Shown here: piece by piece, positions 30,123 to 38,915 of the stretch
How positions within the stretch are numbered: the first letter of the stretch is position 1
How the letters are laid out: every line of letters starts with the position of its first letter
From: an uncultured delta proteobacterium
GTDB taxonomy: Bacteria; Desulfobacterota; Binatia; DP-6
Assembly (NCBI GenBank): GCA_963815115.1
Contig: CAWFFN010000005.1
Location: forward strand, 128,001-192,000
Length of the DNA: 64,000 nt
Direction of reading: 5' to 3'
Position numbers and translations under genes: made by a program
Notes under the pieces: generated by a model
What the model was told of the DNA's origin: nothing
What the model saw: only the letters and a program-made list of their open reading frames with translations
Databases searched by the model: none

Positions 30123-31188
30123 GTGGCTCCTGCCGCTGCTCGCGATCGCGGTGAGCGGGCTCGGCATCCTGACCGTGTACAGCGCGAGCTACACGCTGGG
30201 CGCGGACACGCCGTCGCCCATGGCGATGCGCCAGCTCGTGTGGTGCATCGCCGGCCTCGGGGCCATGCTCGGGATGCTCAGCTTCGACTACCGCCGGCTC
30301 GAGCGCCACGCCTACCTGATCTACCTCGTCGTGCTCCTTGCCGTGCTCGTCGTCCCGCTCATCGGACAGGTGGGCGGGGGGTCGCGGCGCTGGATCCGTC
30401 TCGGTCCGATGTCGGTGCAGCCGTCCGAGTTCGTGAAGCTCGGGCTCGTCCTGGTCTTCGCGCGCCATTTCTCGCAGACGCCGCCGGCGAAGCTGGGGCT
30501 GCGCGAGGCGCTCGTGCCGCTGGTCCTCACGGCCGTGCCCGTCGTCGCGATCCTGGTGCAGCCCGACCTGGGCTCGGCCGCGCTGCTGGGACTGCTGGCG
30601 CTGACGATGCTCGTGCTCGGCGGGGTGCAGCTGCGCTGGCTCGCGCTCCTCGCCTCGCCCGTCGTGCTGGTGGCGCCGCTGCTGTGGCGCCACCTGAAGG
30701 AGTATCAGCAGAAACGCATCCTCACCTTCCTCGATCCCGGACAGGATCCGCTCGGTGCGGGCTACCACGTGATCCAGTCGAAGATCGCCGTCGGCTCGGG
30801 AATGCTGTGGGGCAAGGGTTTCCTGCAGGGAACCCAGAACCACCTGAGCTTCCTGCCCGAGCAGCACACGGACTTCATCTTCTCGGTGTTCTCGGAGGAG
30901 TGGGGGCTGATCGGCGGGGCGGTGCTGGTGGGGCTCTACCTGGCGCTGCTCTTGCGCGGGACCATCATCGCCGTGCGCGCGCGGAATCGCTTCGGGGCGC
31001 TGCTGGTGCTCGGCGTCCTGTCGATCGTGTTCTGGCAAGTCGTGGTCAATGTCGGCATGACCACGGGCCTGCTCCCCGTGGTGGGCATCCCGCTCCCGTT
31101 CTTCAGCTACGGCGGCTCGTCCCTGCTCTGCCTGCTGATGGGAATCGGGCTCGCGATGAACGTCTCGATGCGCCGCAACCTGTTCTAG
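30088..31188 (+). CDS. rodA: rod shape-determining protein RodA (SEDS)
   Basis: RRWIRLG, QPSEFVK, QPDLG, PEQHTDFIFS and PFFSYGGSS. Confidence 0.96.
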   Translation: MRFDRRLLTHFEWLLPLLAIAVSGLGILTVYSASYTLGADTPSPMAMRQLVWCIAGLGAMLGMLSFDYRRLERHAYLIYLVVLLAVLVVPLIGQVGGGSRRWIRLGPMSVQPSEFVKLGLVLVFARHFSQTPPAKLGLREALVPLVLTAVPVVAILVQPDLGSAALLGLLALTMLVLGGVQLRWLALLASPVVLVAPLLWRHLKEYQQKRILTFLDPGQDPLGAGYHVIQSKIAVGSGMLWGKGFLQGTQNHLSFLPEQHTDFIFSVFSEEWGLIGGAVLVGLYLALLLRGTIIAVRARNRFGALLVLGVLSIVFWQVVVNVGMTTGLLPVVGIPLPFFSYGGSSLLCLLMGIGLAMNVSMRRNLF

Positions 31189-31202
31189 TCGAGGAAGAGA
31201 GA

Positions 31203-31232
31203 CCGGGGGCCGGCGATGGCGCCGGCCCCCGG
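31203..31232. terminator. 13-bp perfect hairpin between convergent rodA and Cys-rich genes
   Basis: CCGGGGGCCGGCG-ATGG-CGCCGGCCCCCGG. Confidence 0.5.
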
Positions 31233-31264
31233 CGTTCACCCGGGCGTTCGCTCGCCCGGTGCAG

Positions 31265-32398
31265 CTACTGACAGCTGTTGGTAGCGACGTTGCAGATGAG
31301 CGAGCAGCAGTCGAAGTCCGTCGTGCAGAGCGCGTTCGTCGGACCGCAGCAGCTGCAGCTCCCCGGCGGCGCCCCGGAGATGCGGCACTGGGAGTTCGTC
31401 CCGTCCGGACGGAGGCACTGGACCGCGTTGCACGCCGCGCCCTGCGCGCACGGGTCGCACGGCGCGGGGCACTGGCTCGGATTGCAGAAGAGCGGCGCCG
31501 GGCACGGCTGACTCGTGGAGCAGGGGATCGTCGTGCAGGCTCCGGCGGGTCCGGCGGTCGGATCGAAGCAGGTCCCGCAGTCGCAGTGTCCGGTGGCGTT
31601 GCAGGTCGAGTTCGGAACGGTGCTGCACCCGGTCGGACACTGGCCGTTCGTGTTGAAACACGCCTGTCCCGGGCACTCGCAGCAGACGGGCGGGGCGACG
31701 CAGCCGCACTTCCCGGTCGAGAGCTTCGCGCACTGCGAGCCGGGAGGCGCGCCGGCGGGGCAGGCGCCCGTGCAGGCGTTCGTCGCCGCGTCGAGGTGGC
31801 AGATGAGCGTCGTCGTGGTCGTCGACGTCGACGTCGTAGTCGTAATCGTCGTGCTCGTCGACGTGGTCGTCGTCGGCTGGCCGACGACCTTCTTGTCGAC
31901 GGGCGCGCAGAACATCTGCGGCGGGCCCACGGGCAGCGGACCCTCGGGCCCGAACTGATCGCGGAGCAGGACCTGGATGTTCTTCGGGAAGGCGGTGAGC
32001 TTCGTGCAGTCGCCGTTCGGGCAGGTCTTCGCCTTGATCTTGTAGCACTTGAAGTGGGGCAGGCCCGGCGCGGGCACCGGGTTCGGCTTACAGGCGGCCG
32101 GCGAGCACGGGGCGCCGTTGACGCAGCAGCTCTTCAGGCTCGGCACGCAGAGCATCACGGGTTGCAGCTTGAAGACGAGCTCACGGCCGAACTGGTTGTC
32201 GACCTGGAGGAGCGCGGACTTGGAGGTCGTTCCGACGAGCGCCTTGTCCTTGATCTTGTAGCACTTGAGATGGTTGCACGCCGGATCGAGCGGGCTCGTG
32301 CAGGCGGTGCCGGGCGACTGTCCCCGGGCAGGGAGCGCAGTCAGGACGGCAAGCAATCCAGCGGCCACAGAGAGAGAGACGGATCGTTTCGACGGCAT
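31265..32398 (-). CDS. secreted cysteine-rich protein with two H(L/F)KCYKIK repeats and a Thr linker
   Basis: Signal peptide from MPSKRSV (AAGGAGG RBS); two HxKCYKIK...DNQFG/RDQFG...(L/F)CxP units; Cys-dense C-terminus. Confidence 0.8.
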   Translation of the reverse strand: MPSKRSVSLSVAAGLLAVLTALPARGQSPGTACTSPLDPACNHLKCYKIKDKALVGTTSKSALLQVDNQFGRELVFKLQPVMLCVPSLKSCCVNGAPCSPAACKPNPVPAPGLPHFKCYKIKAKTCPNGDCTKLTAFPKNIQVLLRDQFGPEGPLPVGPPQMFCAPVDKKVVGQPTTTTSTSTTITTTTSTSTTTTTLICHLDAATNACTGACPAGAPPGSQCAKLSTGKCGCVAPPVCCECPGQACFNTNGQCPTGCSTVPNSTCNATGHCDCGTCFDPTAGPAGACTTIPCSTSQPCPAPLFCNPSQCPAPCDPCAQGAACNAVQCLRPDGTNSQCRISGAPPGSCSCCGPTNALCTTDFDCCSLICNVATNSCQ

Positions 32399-32594
32399 CG
32401 GCTCCTCCTTGATAGGTTGACGGGCCAATCGCGAACGGGTTCGCAGCGCCTCTAGACCGACGTCCTCAGATGGGACGAGGCAACGTCTCGGAGGCTTGGT
32501 ATCGCGCTCCCAAGCTTGAAAGGCAAGCATTTTCTGCAGGGGGCGCGAAGGAGGGCACGCGCGAGGCCCGGCCCCGGTGGTGCGGAACGTTTCC

Positions 32595-32868
32595 GGGGAG
32601 TTGCGGGCCGACCCGTCGGCGTCGATCGTCTCCGCATCGCCGGCGAGACGCCCGAACACGGACCGACCCGGCGGAGGGCTCAGACCGTGGGGACCGTTGC
32701 GCCCGGAACGAGGGCCGGCGAGCCCGTCGGCCGCCCTCCCGATGAGGTCGAGCGCGTCATCGGGCTCCCGGAGGCCGCACAGGCCCGCGCGGGAGGTGAC
32801 GCTCGCGCCGCGAAGCTCGGGCTCCAGCTCTCAACCGACGGTCGAACGCCACCCGCCGCCTCGTCCAT
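32595..32868 (-). pseudogene. degenerate IS1380-family transposase N-terminal fragment
   Basis: Frameshifted reading VAFDRRL / ELRGASVTSRAGLCGLREPDDALDL...RSGRNGPHGL...RSVFGRLAGDAETIDAD matches the IS1380 N-terminal pattern FDRRL..F.G..ITSDAGLLAYRELDDALGL...RTG.NGRH.L..L.RQSVFGRLAGYEDVNDA. Confidence 0.7.
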
Positions 32869-32884
32869 CCACCACGCCAAGTCT

Positions 32885-32981
32885 GCCGCGCCGGCTCCGC
32901 CGGCCGCGGCACGGCACTCGCCTGACCCGTGAGCGCCGCACACTCGCGTTCCCTCTCGCCCCGAGACGCAGTCTCGGGGCG
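32885..32981 (+). repeat. ~95-bp two-hairpin dispersed repeat, single copy
   Basis: GCCGCGCCGGCTCCGCCGGCCGCGGCACGG...CCCCGAGACGCAGTCTCGGGGCG; similar to copies at 45442-45534 and 48081-48177; abuts the trxA stop. Confidence 0.75.
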
Positions 32982-32982
32982 A

Positions 32983-33309
32983 TCACACGACTACGTTGCA
33001 GATGGCGCGCACGAGCTGCGCCTTCGGGACGGCGCCGAGGAGCTGCTCCTTCACCTGGCCGCAGTGGATCAGTATCAGATTGGGGATGGCGCGCACCCCG
33101 TACTGCTGCGGGGTCTGGGGATTCTCGTCGACGTTCATCTTGACGACCTTGAGCTTCCCGGCATACTCCCGCGCCAGATCCTCCACGACCGGGCCGATGG
33201 CCCGGCAGGGGCCGCACCAGGGCGCCCAGAAGTCGATCAGCACGGGCGTCGAGCTCTGCAGCACCTCGCGCTCGAAGGACTCGTCGGAGACGGCCAACAC
33301 GTCTGCCAT
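32983..33309 (-). CDS. trxA: thioredoxin
   Basis: DFWAPWCGPC active site, VVKMNVDENP and IPNL cis-Pro; 108 aa. Confidence 0.95.
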   Translation of the reverse strand: MADVLAVSDESFEREVLQSSTPVLIDFWAPWCGPCRAIGPVVEDLAREYAGKLKVVKMNVDENPQTPQQYGVRAIPNLILIHCGQVKEQLLGAVPKAQLVRAICNVVV

Positions 33310-33387
33310 GCGAGGACCGTAGCAGAGGGTAGACGGCGAGGGAAGAACGCGTGGTGGGCGGCCGCGGCCCCGTGCTAGGAGGCCGCC

Positions 33388-33771
33388 ATGCTGACCGACG
33401 CGGAGGCGCAGGCGCTGTTCGCACGCCGGTGCGACGCCTGGTTGCGCGAGGACATGGACGCGTATCTCGCCTGCTGGGCCGAGGACATGACCTTCGGTTC
33501 CCCGGCACATCCCGAGCCTCTGCGCGGGCGTGCCGCCTACGAGGCGCTGGTGCGCGCCTCGTCCACCGCCGTGCGTCCGGTGCGCTTCGAGGTGGCCCAT
33601 CTCGCGGTGCGGGGCGACGTGGTGCTCGCCGAGTGGGAGATCGAGGCCGAGCATCGCGCCACCGGCACCCGGCTGCGCTGGCGCGGGATGAGCGCCGCCG
33701 GGTACCACGACGGACTCATCGCCTGGTGGCGCGAGTACTGGAACCCGGCCGATCTCGGGATTCGGGGATGA
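33388..33771 (+). CDS. SnoaL-like / NTF2-fold protein
   Basis: AW..ED...LACWAED..F..P...LRGR and GLIAWWREYWNP; AGGAGG RBS. Confidence 0.85.
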   Translation: MLTDAEAQALFARRCDAWLREDMDAYLACWAEDMTFGSPAHPEPLRGRAAYEALVRASSTAVRPVRFEVAHLAVRGDVVLAEWEIEAEHRATGTRLRWRGMSAAGYHDGLIAWWREYWNPADLGIRG

Positions 33772-33789
33772 CGGTGGCGCGCGCCGCGC

Positions 33790-34632
33790 CTACACCATCG
33801 TCTGGCCGCCGCTCACGTTGAGCGCCTCGCCCGTGATGTAGCCCGCGTCGTCGCTGCACAGGAAGGCGATCGCCGCGGCGACCTCCTCGGCCGTCTCGAG
33901 CCGGCCGAGCGGGATCTCACGCGCGATCCAGCGCTCGACGCTGCCCTCGAGCGCGCCCACCATCTGCTCGAACTGTCCGTCCTTGTTGAGGAGGTCGGTG
34001 TCGACCGTGCCCGGGCAGACGGCGTTGACGGTGATCCCCGCGGGACCGAGCTCCTGGGCCAGGACCTGGGTGAGGAGGATGACGCCCGCCTTGGCGGCGC
34101 AGTAGGCGCCGAGCAGCGGGAAGCCCCGCTTGCCCGCCTGCGAGGAGACGTTGACGATGCGCCCGCCGCGTCCCGCGCCGATCATCCGCTCCGCGCATGC
34201 TCGCGCCACCATCCACGTCCCCTTCAGGTTGACGTCGAGCACCCGGTCCCATTCCTTCTCGGCGATCAGGAGCAGCGGCCCCGCGCCCATGCCCGGGCCG
34301 GCGCCGCCGGCGACGTTGCAGCACAGGTCGACCGGCCCGAGCGTGTCGTGTGCGCGGGCCACGGCGGCGTGCACGTCATCCCAGGACGAGACGTCGGCAC
34401 GCAGCGCCAGGGCCCGCCGGCCGAGACCCTCGATCTCGCGCACCACCTCCGCGAGCTCGTCGCCGCCGGCGACACCGTAGCCCGGAAAATCGGCGTAGGG
34501 GCGCGCGATGTCGAGACAGGCGACGTCGGCGCCCTCGCGGGCGAGCCGCAGCGCCACGGCGCGACCGATGCCCCGTCGGCGCGCCGCGCCGGTGACCAGG
34601 GCGACCTTGCCAGCAATCCCCGCGAGTGCCAT
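33790..34632 (-). CDS. SDR family oxidoreductase
   Basis: TGAARRRGIG, NVAG, SS, YCAAK and VNAVCPG. Confidence 0.92.
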   Translation of the reverse strand: MALAGIAGKVALVTGAARRRGIGRAVALRLAREGADVACLDIARPYADFPGYGVAGGDELAEVVREIEGLGRRALALRADVSSWDDVHAAVARAHDTLGPVDLCCNVAGGAGPGMGAGPLLLIAEKEWDRVLDVNLKGTWMVARACAERMIGAGRGGRIVNVSSQAGKRGFPLLGAYCAAKAGVILLTQVLAQELGPAGITVNAVCPGTVDTDLLNKDGQFEQMVGALEGSVERWIAREIPLGRLETAEEVAAAIAFLCSDDAGYITGEALNVSGGQTMV

Positions 34633-34737
34633 CGCCGTTCGTGCGGCGGGTTAGCACCACCAGAGCGACGGGCGCAAACCGCGATGCGACAAATCGAGGG
34701 TGGCGTGTCAACCCGGCGGTATGGTACCGATCCAAGC

Positions 34738-35928
34738 ATGCTACGTCGTGCACTCCTGGCCGTTGCCCTACTCCCGATGCTCGCAGCACCCGCGTTGGCG
34801 CGTCGCTCGTACACGGTGCGCGTGCCGGCGTTCGAGGTGCCGGCGGCTCACAATCGGGAGATCTGCGTCTATGTCCCCCTGTCCTCGAAGAAGGAGATGG
34901 ACATCGGCGAGGTCCGCATCCTGAACCGCGGCGGCACGTCCTCCTTCGCCACACACCACCTGATCGTCTATGCCTACCACGGCAGCCCGGAGTCGGTCGC
35001 CGGCGTCGAGGGGAAGGTGATCGACGACACCGCGTGCCTGAACTTCGGCAGCGGGAAGCCCTCCGACCTGCAGCTCGTGGCGACGTCGCAGGGGCCGGAC
35101 ACGCGCTGGCTGACGCCTCGTGGCACCGCACTCGAGCTACAGCCCGGCACGACGACCGCGGGGAAGAAGGTCATCGGCCTCGTACTGAACTCGCACTGGA
35201 TCAACGGCGACAGCGTGCCGCACAAGGCTCGGGCGAAGATCACCTTCGTGACCCGCAAGGCGAAGGAGGTGAAGCGCCAGCTCAAGCCGATCTTCGAGGT
35301 CGTCGCGAACGGCTTCATCGACGTCCCTCCGGGCGCCACCCGACAGGTCGGCTGGACCTGGGGGCCCAACCGCCTCGACATCGGCGGGTTCCTCGGTGGC
35401 TCGAACTATCCCAAGGGGCCTGCTTGCGTGACCATGTTGACCAGCCACATGCACAAGCGTGGCGCGCTCTTCACGACCGACTTCGTCGACAGCACGGGGA
35501 CCAAGAAGCAGCTCTATGCCAACACGCAGTACTCCGATCCGCCCGCACGGAGCTTCACCCCGCCGATGCTGGTGTCGCCAGGTGAGCACATCGAGTACCA
35601 CTGCACCCACGACAACGCGACCAATCCCAAGCTCGGCTGCGAGGAGCAGCCCGGGCAGACCCCGGGTCAGTCGGTGTCGACGCTGATTCTCGAGTACGGC
35701 GATTTCACCCACCTCGACGGCGCGGCGAAGAGCTGCACGCGCCAGGGACCGAGCCCCGACGAGTGCCCGGCCACCGACCCGAAGTATCCCGACCGCAGCT
35801 TCACCGGGAACTGCGTCCCGGCGAATCTCGTCTTCGGCTTCACCTCCGAGGACGACATGTGCATCCTGCCGGGCTACTACTACGACGCGGATCCGGCCGC
35901 CGCGCCCGGGCAGGAGTGCACGCTGTAG
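34738..35928 (+). CDS. secreted copper type II ascorbate-dependent monooxygenase-like (PHM/DBH fold) protein
   Basis: Signal peptide; ordered motifs THH, NSHW, SHMH and EDDMC matching the CuH/CuM ligands. Confidence 0.7.
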   Translation: MLRRALLAVALLPMLAAPALARRSYTVRVPAFEVPAAHNREICVYVPLSSKKEMDIGEVRILNRGGTSSFATHHLIVYAYHGSPESVAGVEGKVIDDTACLNFGSGKPSDLQLVATSQGPDTRWLTPRGTALELQPGTTTAGKKVIGLVLNSHWINGDSVPHKARAKITFVTRKAKEVKRQLKPIFEVVANGFIDVPPGATRQVGWTWGPNRLDIGGFLGGSNYPKGPACVTMLTSHMHKRGALFTTDFVDSTGTKKQLYANTQYSDPPARSFTPPMLVSPGEHIEYHCTHDNATNPKLGCEEQPGQTPGQSVSTLILEYGDFTHLDGAAKSCTRQGPSPDECPATDPKYPDRSFTGNCVPANLVFGFTSEDDMCILPGYYYDADPAAAPGQECTL

Positions 35929-35958
35929 GGCGAGCGGAGCGACCCGGCGTGATCGCTC

Positions 35959-38403
35959 TCACGCCGGGTGTGGCAGGCGGTCGAGAACGGTGAAGGCGAC
36001 GAGCGCCACGGCATAGCCCATCGCCGCGGCGACGAGGACCGCGGTGAAGCTGCCGAGGATCGCCACGATGATGGCGAGGACCGAGCCGAGCACGCTCATG
36101 CCGCCGTTGACCGCCCACATCCACGGCACGCTGTCCTTGCCGTGCGTCGACACGATGCGGATGCCGGTCGGGAAGGGCATCCCCATCAGGAAGCCGAGCG
36201 GCACGACGAGCAGCACGGTGAGCGCTCCGCGCATCCAGAGCGGCTGGCCGAGCGCCCGGCTGATGATGGCCGGATAGACGAACGCCACGCCCAGCAGCGC
36301 CACCGTCAGGACCCCGAGCGCCACCGGAAGCGACAGCCGCGGCCACGACGACGCGTAGCTCCCGACGCCGGCGCTGAAGAGCAGGGCCGCGAGCACCAGC
36401 GCGAGCGAGCGGGACGGGTGGCCGAGGAGCAGCGCGAAGCGCTGCATGAGCGCGATCTCGACGAAGATGAAGGCGCCGCCCAGACAGGCGAAATAGAGCA
36501 GCCAGACCGGAAACATCGGCAGCGCCCCGCGTCCCGAGCGCAGCAGCGGGAGGAACATGAAGAGGGCGACCGCGATCCCGGCGAGCACCAGCAGCGCGTA
36601 CAGCGTCAACGAGGCCCAGTGGCCGCGAACCAGGTTGGGCGCGTTGCTCTCCGTGCGGAGCCGGGCGAGAACCGGAACCTTGTCGTAGTTGAAGAAGAAC
36701 GGATTGTCGTCGTACACGGGGTCGACCCGGAGCGGAAGCGATTTGAAGTACGCCCGCTGCCGGCCCTGGGCTCTCGCCTTGACCGTCTGCTGCACGATGC
36801 GCTGCTGCTGGTCGTGGGCCTCGCCGTCCGCCAGCGGATGCATGAAGCGGCCGGGCCCGTCCGGCTGTCCGCTGTCCACGTAGCGTTGCACCTGGGCGCG
36901 TGCCGCCGCGACCTCCTCCGGTGCGAACGGCGTGTTGCGGACGCAGACGGTGCTGTAGGGCGCAGCGAACGCGAGGACGTTCTTCCCCGGTCGAGGGAGC
37001 TTCAGGCGATAGAGCGCCTCGAGGGCGACGCTGAAGAGTCGCGGGCCCTCCACCGAGTAGTCCCAGCGCGTGACACACATCGTCCCGCCCGGCTTGAGAT
37101 GCGAGATGTAGTCCATGAAGGCGTCGACCGTGTACAGGTAGGTCTCCGAGAGGACGTAGGCGCCGCTGCTCATCGCGGTCAGGGTGTCGACCACGTTCAT
37201 CGCGATCACGTCGTAGCGGTACGGGGTGTTGCGGACGAAGCTCCGGCCGTCCTCCACGATCAGGCGGACGCCGGGGAGGTTCGCGAGCCCATGCGTCGCG
37301 TCGCGGTACTCGTTCGACAGCAGGCGGCCCGTGGTCGGGTTGATCTCGATCCCGTCGACGTGCTGCGCTCCGGCGCGCAGCGCCAGGTAGACGTCGATGC
37401 CGCCGCCGACCCCGATCACGAGGACGCGCTCGGGCGACCTGTGAAAGAGGTAGGGGGTCTCGTGATCGACGAAGAGCTGCTGGGGAGGAAACGGGGGTGC
37501 CGGCGACCTCGCCTGCGTGACGATCCCCGTCCAGGCATCGCCGTCGATGTACACCCGCTTCTCGAGCGGATTGTTCTTCGTGGACACCACGTCGATCCGC
37601 GACAGGGCGTTCCACTCCGACAGCTCGACCACCTTCTCGTCGCCCGCGGCGAGTTGCTCGAAGTTCGCGTTGATGGCCTTCAGCGGGTCGGAGCGCAGGA
37701 TGCGGTTCACCTGCGGCGCCAGCAGGAAGATCGCGGCAAGCGGGACGGCCAGGCCGGCGAGGACCGCCCGGCTGCTGCGCCGGCGCGGGTCCCCAAGCAG
37801 GATGGGGACGGCGACCAGCAGGCACGCGAGCACGATGCAGCGAACCGCGCCCAGCGGCTGCATGAGGGCGAGAAACGCCACGCAGCCGACCGCGGCGCCG
37901 ACCAGGTCGGCGAAGTAGAGCACGGAGATGTGCGCCGCCTGATCGCGATAGATCGAGCCCAGGATCCAGCCGGCAAAGAAGTACGGACAGACGGCCGCGG
38001 CATAGGTCGCGAGCATCAGGAGGAACTGGGGAGCGCTGTGGAAGATCGACTGCAGCTGCACTCCCAGCTGCGGGACCAGGAACGAGGAGAGCAGGGTGGT
38101 GAGGACGAAGCCGACGGCGGCCGAGCGCAGCGTGAGCACGCGGACGAGCAGGTTGCGCTCGCCGAAGGCGAGCCAGGTTCCGCTGATCCCGAACCCCAGG
38201 AGGGCGATCGAGACGATGAAGTAGACCAGGTGGTTCCAGTAGACGAGGGCGTAGATGCGCGTCTGCAGGAGCTGCAGGAGCAGGGTCGAGAGGGCGACGC
38301 AGAATGCGACCGTCGCCGGAAACCACAGGCGGGGACGTTGCTCGTCCGCCACCGCGAGCATCTCCGCCTCGCCGCGCCGCCTCGCCTCGCCCGCTGTCGT
38401 CAT
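35959..38403 (-). CDS. membrane-fused spermidine synthase-like SAM-dependent protein
   Basis: N- and C-terminal TM bundles flanking VLVIGVGGGID, IEINP, EDGRSFV and YLYTVDAF motifs. Confidence 0.85.
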   Translation of the reverse strand: MTTAGEARRRGEAEMLAVADEQRPRLWFPATVAFCVALSTLLLQLLQTRIYALVYWNHLVYFIVSIALLGFGISGTWLAFGERNLLVRVLTLRSAAVGFVLTTLLSSFLVPQLGVQLQSIFHSAPQFLLMLATYAAAVCPYFFAGWILGSIYRDQAAHISVLYFADLVGAAVGCVAFLALMQPLGAVRCIVLACLLVAVPILLGDPRRRSSRAVLAGLAVPLAAIFLLAPQVNRILRSDPLKAINANFEQLAAGDEKVVELSEWNALSRIDVVSTKNNPLEKRVYIDGDAWTGIVTQARSPAPPFPPQQLFVDHETPYLFHRSPERVLVIGVGGGIDVYLALRAGAQHVDGIEINPTTGRLLSNEYRDATHGLANLPGVRLIVEDGRSFVRNTPYRYDVIAMNVVDTLTAMSSGAYVLSETYLYTVDAFMDYISHLKPGGTMCVTRWDYSVEGPRLFSVALEALYRLKLPRPGKNVLAFAAPYSTVCVRNTPFAPEEVAAARAQVQRYVDSGQPDGPGRFMHPLADGEAHDQQQRIVQQTVKARAQGRQRAYFKSLPLRVDPVYDDNPFFFNYDKVPVLARLRTESNAPNLVRGHWASLTLYALLVLAGIAVALFMFLPLLRSGRGALPMFPVWLLYFACLGGAFIFVEIALMQRFALLLGHPSRSLALVLAALLFSAGVGSYASSWPRLSLPVALGVLTVALLGVAFVYPAIISRALGQPLWMRGALTVLLVVPLGFLMGMPFPTGIRIVSTHGKDSVPWMWAVNGGMSVLGSVLAIIVAILGSFTAVLVAAAMGYAVALVAFTVLDRLPHPA

Positions 38404-38569
38404 GGGGGCGGCAAGATAGCGCAGTCGGGCGCCGTCATGAACCGCCGCCGGCGCCGGTGCTCGCGCCGGCCCGACCGGCGCCGCGAGGCGGCCTTGACCC
38501 GCGTTCGCCGTGCGCCGTACTTCCCGACGGAGGGTATCTCGTGCCGTGACCAGGCCAGGAGGGAGCGCG

Positions 38570-38854
38570 ATGGAATCGACGTTCTGGAAGCGCTGCAGCA
38601 CGTGCAAGAAGGAGATTCCCTTCCGGGCCGCCTACTGGGTGTGCAACGTGTCGACCTGCAACCGCGCGAACACGGGGTTTGCCTTCTGCTCGGTGAACTG
38701 CTGGGACGCGCACGTGCCCATGCTGCGCCATCGTGAGTCGTGGGCCGAGGAGGCGCGCTCGCCGACGCCGGAGGAATGGGCGCGGCGCCAGCGGGAGACG
38801 GCTGCGAAGCAGGGCCGGCGCGGCGTCCGCAATCTCGGCCGCCCCGGGCGCTGA
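38570..38854 (+). CDS. small Cys/His-rich putative zinc-binding protein
   Basis: WKRCSTCKKEI...CNVSTC...FCSVNCWDAH; GGAGGGAG RBS. Confidence 0.7.
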   Translation: MESTFWKRCSTCKKEIPFRAAYWVCNVSTCNRANTGFAFCSVNCWDAHVPMLRHRESWAEEARSPTPEEWARRQRETAAKQGRRGVRNLGRPGR

Positions 38855-38915
38855 GTCGGACGGCTGGCACTGCCTGGCGACTGCAGGTATCTGTCGGCGA
38901 GCGAGCGAGGACTCC

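Noticed and set aside
31808-31875. GTC/GTG triplet-rich tandem-like tracts (also 15700-15740 and the poly-Pro tract at 59935-59960)
   Set aside because: They simply encode Thr or Pro linkers; not independent repeats.
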